A stretch of DNA of 44,053 nt, taken from a virus. The position numbers were made by a program, and so were the translations under genes. The first letter of the stretch is position 1. Every line of letters starts with the position of its first letter. Shown in pieces: positions 42,773 through 44,053 of this stretch. Where the stretch lies: positions 1 through 44,053 of the IMG/VR virus record IMGVR_UViG_3300022745_000008. The stretch is one strand, 5' to 3'. The notes below the pieces were generated by a model, which saw nothing but the letters and a program-made list of their open reading frames with translations, made no database searches and was not told the DNA's origin.

Positions 42773-43065
42773 ATCAAACCTCCAAGAAGTGTTGATTTAT
42801 CTGAGCCTTTTCCTTTGTTCTTAACTCCAGTGGATTTCTCTACTTTCTTATGTCCGGGATTAGCGCGGGCAGAGTGCAAGCCGCGGAGGTAGGCAGCTTG
42901 ATCTTCAGGAGACATAGACTTGTAATCCATCGCAAGGAGCTCGTCGAAGGGGACTCCATAGTAAACACGATCACTGAACGACTCGGGGCGTTCTGAGTTC
43001 GGGAGTGACGTTGCCGGCTTCGTCGATGGTGAATTTGATTCTTGAGTCTTTTGTTCCTGGGACAT
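42769..43065 (-). CDS. Hypothetical protein (98 aa; alternative start Met46 at 42930)
   Basis: The first 95 nt overlap 42971..43345 in another frame, and the N-terminal 45 aa are low-complexity polar. Confidence 0.45.
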   Translation of the reverse strand: MSQEQKTQESNSPSTKPATSLPNSERPESFSDRVYYGVPFDELLAMDYKSMSPEDQAAYLRGLHSARANPGHKKVEKSTGVKNKGKGSDKSTLLGGLI

Positions 43066-43345
43066 ATTGGTTGAGTAGGGTGAGAAGAATTTGTTCGTTT
43101 TTGTGGAAGGCGTTGGCTTGTGCTTTGAGACCGAGAGAGTTTACATGAAGAAGGAAACCGCGAAAGAGATGCGCGAGGATGGAGTCTAATACGCCTTTTC
43201 TAGGGAAGTAAGAGCGAAGTTCCAAGAGATCGTTCTCTTCAATAAAGACATAGGCTCGGCTTTTGTTTTCGTGAGGGACTTCGTGGTAAGGTGATTCCAG
43301 AGATTCAACTGGAACTAGATGTGCGAGGGGCGAAGGAGGGGTCAT
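42971..43345 (-). CDS. Hypothetical protein (124 aa)
   Basis: ATG overlaps the upstream stop. Confidence 0.55.
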   Translation of the reverse strand: MTPPSPLAHLVPVESLESPYHEVPHENKSRAYVFIEENDLLELRSYFPRKGVLDSILAHLFRGFLLHVNSLGLKAQANAFHKNEQILLTLLNQYVPGTKDSRIKFTIDEAGNVTPELRTPRVVQ

Positions 43346-43836
43346 ATAATGGTGTAGTGGTTTTCATGAATGGAGTCTGCAACTTCGGTATTGGAGTAGG
43401 GCCAGTTGGCCTTTAGTTCGTGGATAGGAAGTGCTGTGTGGATTTTGATTGGGAAGGGGATGTGGTCGTAATTCTTGAGAAGGAACAAAGCCTTTAGGAC
43501 CTCGGGATCGTCGGTTGTGATTTCAGGAAGTTCGAAGGCAGCAACAGGGACAATGGGAACTCGTGTGCGCCGTGGAAGTCCGACGTAGAGGGAGGTTTTG
43601 GAATCTGCAACAAAGGTGTATTGCTGGAGGATTTTGAAAGCCTGCTGGCGGGAGATGGAAGAGGGCCAGAGGGGGTTGAGAACGAAGTTGCGCAAGGCTC
43701 TACGAAGGCGCTGGCGCAGAGCGGTAGCACCACCGGAGGGGATGGAGAAAACCACAGGTTCTGGATACGCGTTGCAGAGTTCTAGAATGCGGTGTTCTTC
43801 AGTTTGGAATTCGATTTCTTCAGGGGTGGTGTCCAT
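43342..43836 (-). CDS. Hypothetical protein (164 aa from the first ATG; GTG-extended ORF runs to 43923)
   Basis: The ATG at 43834-43836 is preceded by the C/T-rich leader ACATTCTTTCCTTCCT and an 11-bp hairpin. Confidence 0.55.
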   Translation of the reverse strand: MDTTPEEIEFQTEEHRILELCNAYPEPVVFSIPSGGATALRQRLRRALRNFVLNPLWPSSISRQQAFKILQQYTFVADSKTSLYVGLPRRTRVPIVPVAAFELPEITTDDPEVLKALFLLKNYDHIPFPIKIHTALPIHELKANWPYSNTEVADSIHENHYTII

Positions 43837-43853
43837 AGGAAGGAAAGAATGTT

Positions 43854-43895
43854 GGTGCCAGCCGCAACAGAGGACCGTCCGAAACGGCTGGCACC
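43854..43895 (-). promoter_or_regulatory. Perfect 11-bp stem-loop upstream of 43342..43836
   Basis: GGTGCCAGCCG (43854-43864) pairs with CGGCTGGCACC (43885-43895) around a 20-nt loop. Confidence 0.5.
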
Positions 43896-43926
43896 GCCTA
43901 ATACCGGATGCTTTCTTTTGCACATT

Positions 43927-44053
43927 AGCACAGGAGAAGCATTGCCGGAAAGGGTTGTGGGTAATTAGTTCTTACCAATTTCATTACTATTCTCGTCGAT
44001 GAGAGGATCGTAGGCAGGTTCTTCGGGGAAGGTCTCGGTGTCAATTTCGTCTT
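43927..44053. repeat. Terminal direct repeat, right copy (identical to 1..127)
   Basis: Same observation. It duplicates the 3' part of the minus-strand ORF 39..284. Confidence 0.95.

Noticed and set aside
1-44053. Diversity-generating retroelement, retron or group II intron
   Set aside because: No ORF shows reverse-transcriptase motifs (no YxDD block). I found no template/variable repeat pair near the fibre gene 3' ends.
1-44053. Stop-codon reassignment, tRNA/tmRNA genes, lysogeny module
   Set aside because: All large genes, including the 8.5-kb ORF, are open in the standard code. No cloverleaf-like GTTCRA T-arm context is seen in the intergenic regions. No integrase, recombinase, excisionase or CI-like repressor motifs are seen. 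tRNAscan/ARAGORN should still be run.

Overview
The window is a complete dsDNA tailed-phage genome. Bases 1-127 are identical to bases 43927-44053, so the unique unit is 43,926 bp and closes into a circle or is terminally redundant. I see no integrase, repressor, tRNA, CRISPR array or reverse transcriptase, so it is probably virulent. Two transcription arms diverge from a ~400-bp control region (8250-8646) and converge at 31608-31641. The rightward (+) arm, 8647-31607, carries a TerS-like HTH protein, fibre/adhesin genes (FN3+Ig-like, collagen-like), a lysis-like cassette (TM protein, DUF1353-like, CHAP-like amidase), TerL, portal, scaffold and major capsid. It ends with several small virion genes and one 2851-aa giant ORF (19.5% of the genome) containing an HExxH motif. 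The leftward (-) arm runs 8249->1 and continues 43926->31642. It carries many small early ORFs, an HNH endonuclease and a UvrD-like helicase. It also carries a recombination module (Cas4-like PD-(D/E)XK nuclease, AAA_24/Sak4-like ATPase, DUF669-like SSB candidate). Beyond that come a ParB-DNA methyltransferase fusion, a DUF1937-like protein, a family-A DNA polymerase with an N-terminal UDG-like domain, a minimal ATP-dependent ligase and a DUF3987-like ATPase. No primase or phage RNA polymerase is recognisable. Start codons almost never have a Shine-Dalgarno sequence; leaders are G-poor (A/C-rich or C/T-rich), which suggests an SD-poor host lineage. The features most worth a second look are listed here. 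(1) A 442-bp ORF-free, strongly self-complementary region (285-726) lies next to a codon-optimised 215-aa gene of unknown function. (2) The giant polyvalent-type protein. (3) An imperfect direct repeat brackets a 70-aa gene cassette (42043-42498). (4) The 8-mer TCCCTCCC occurs four times in the divergent control region. (5) The polymerase/UDG-like, DUF1937-like and ParB-MTase genes form a cluster. All family names come from motif recognition by eye and need HMM confirmation.
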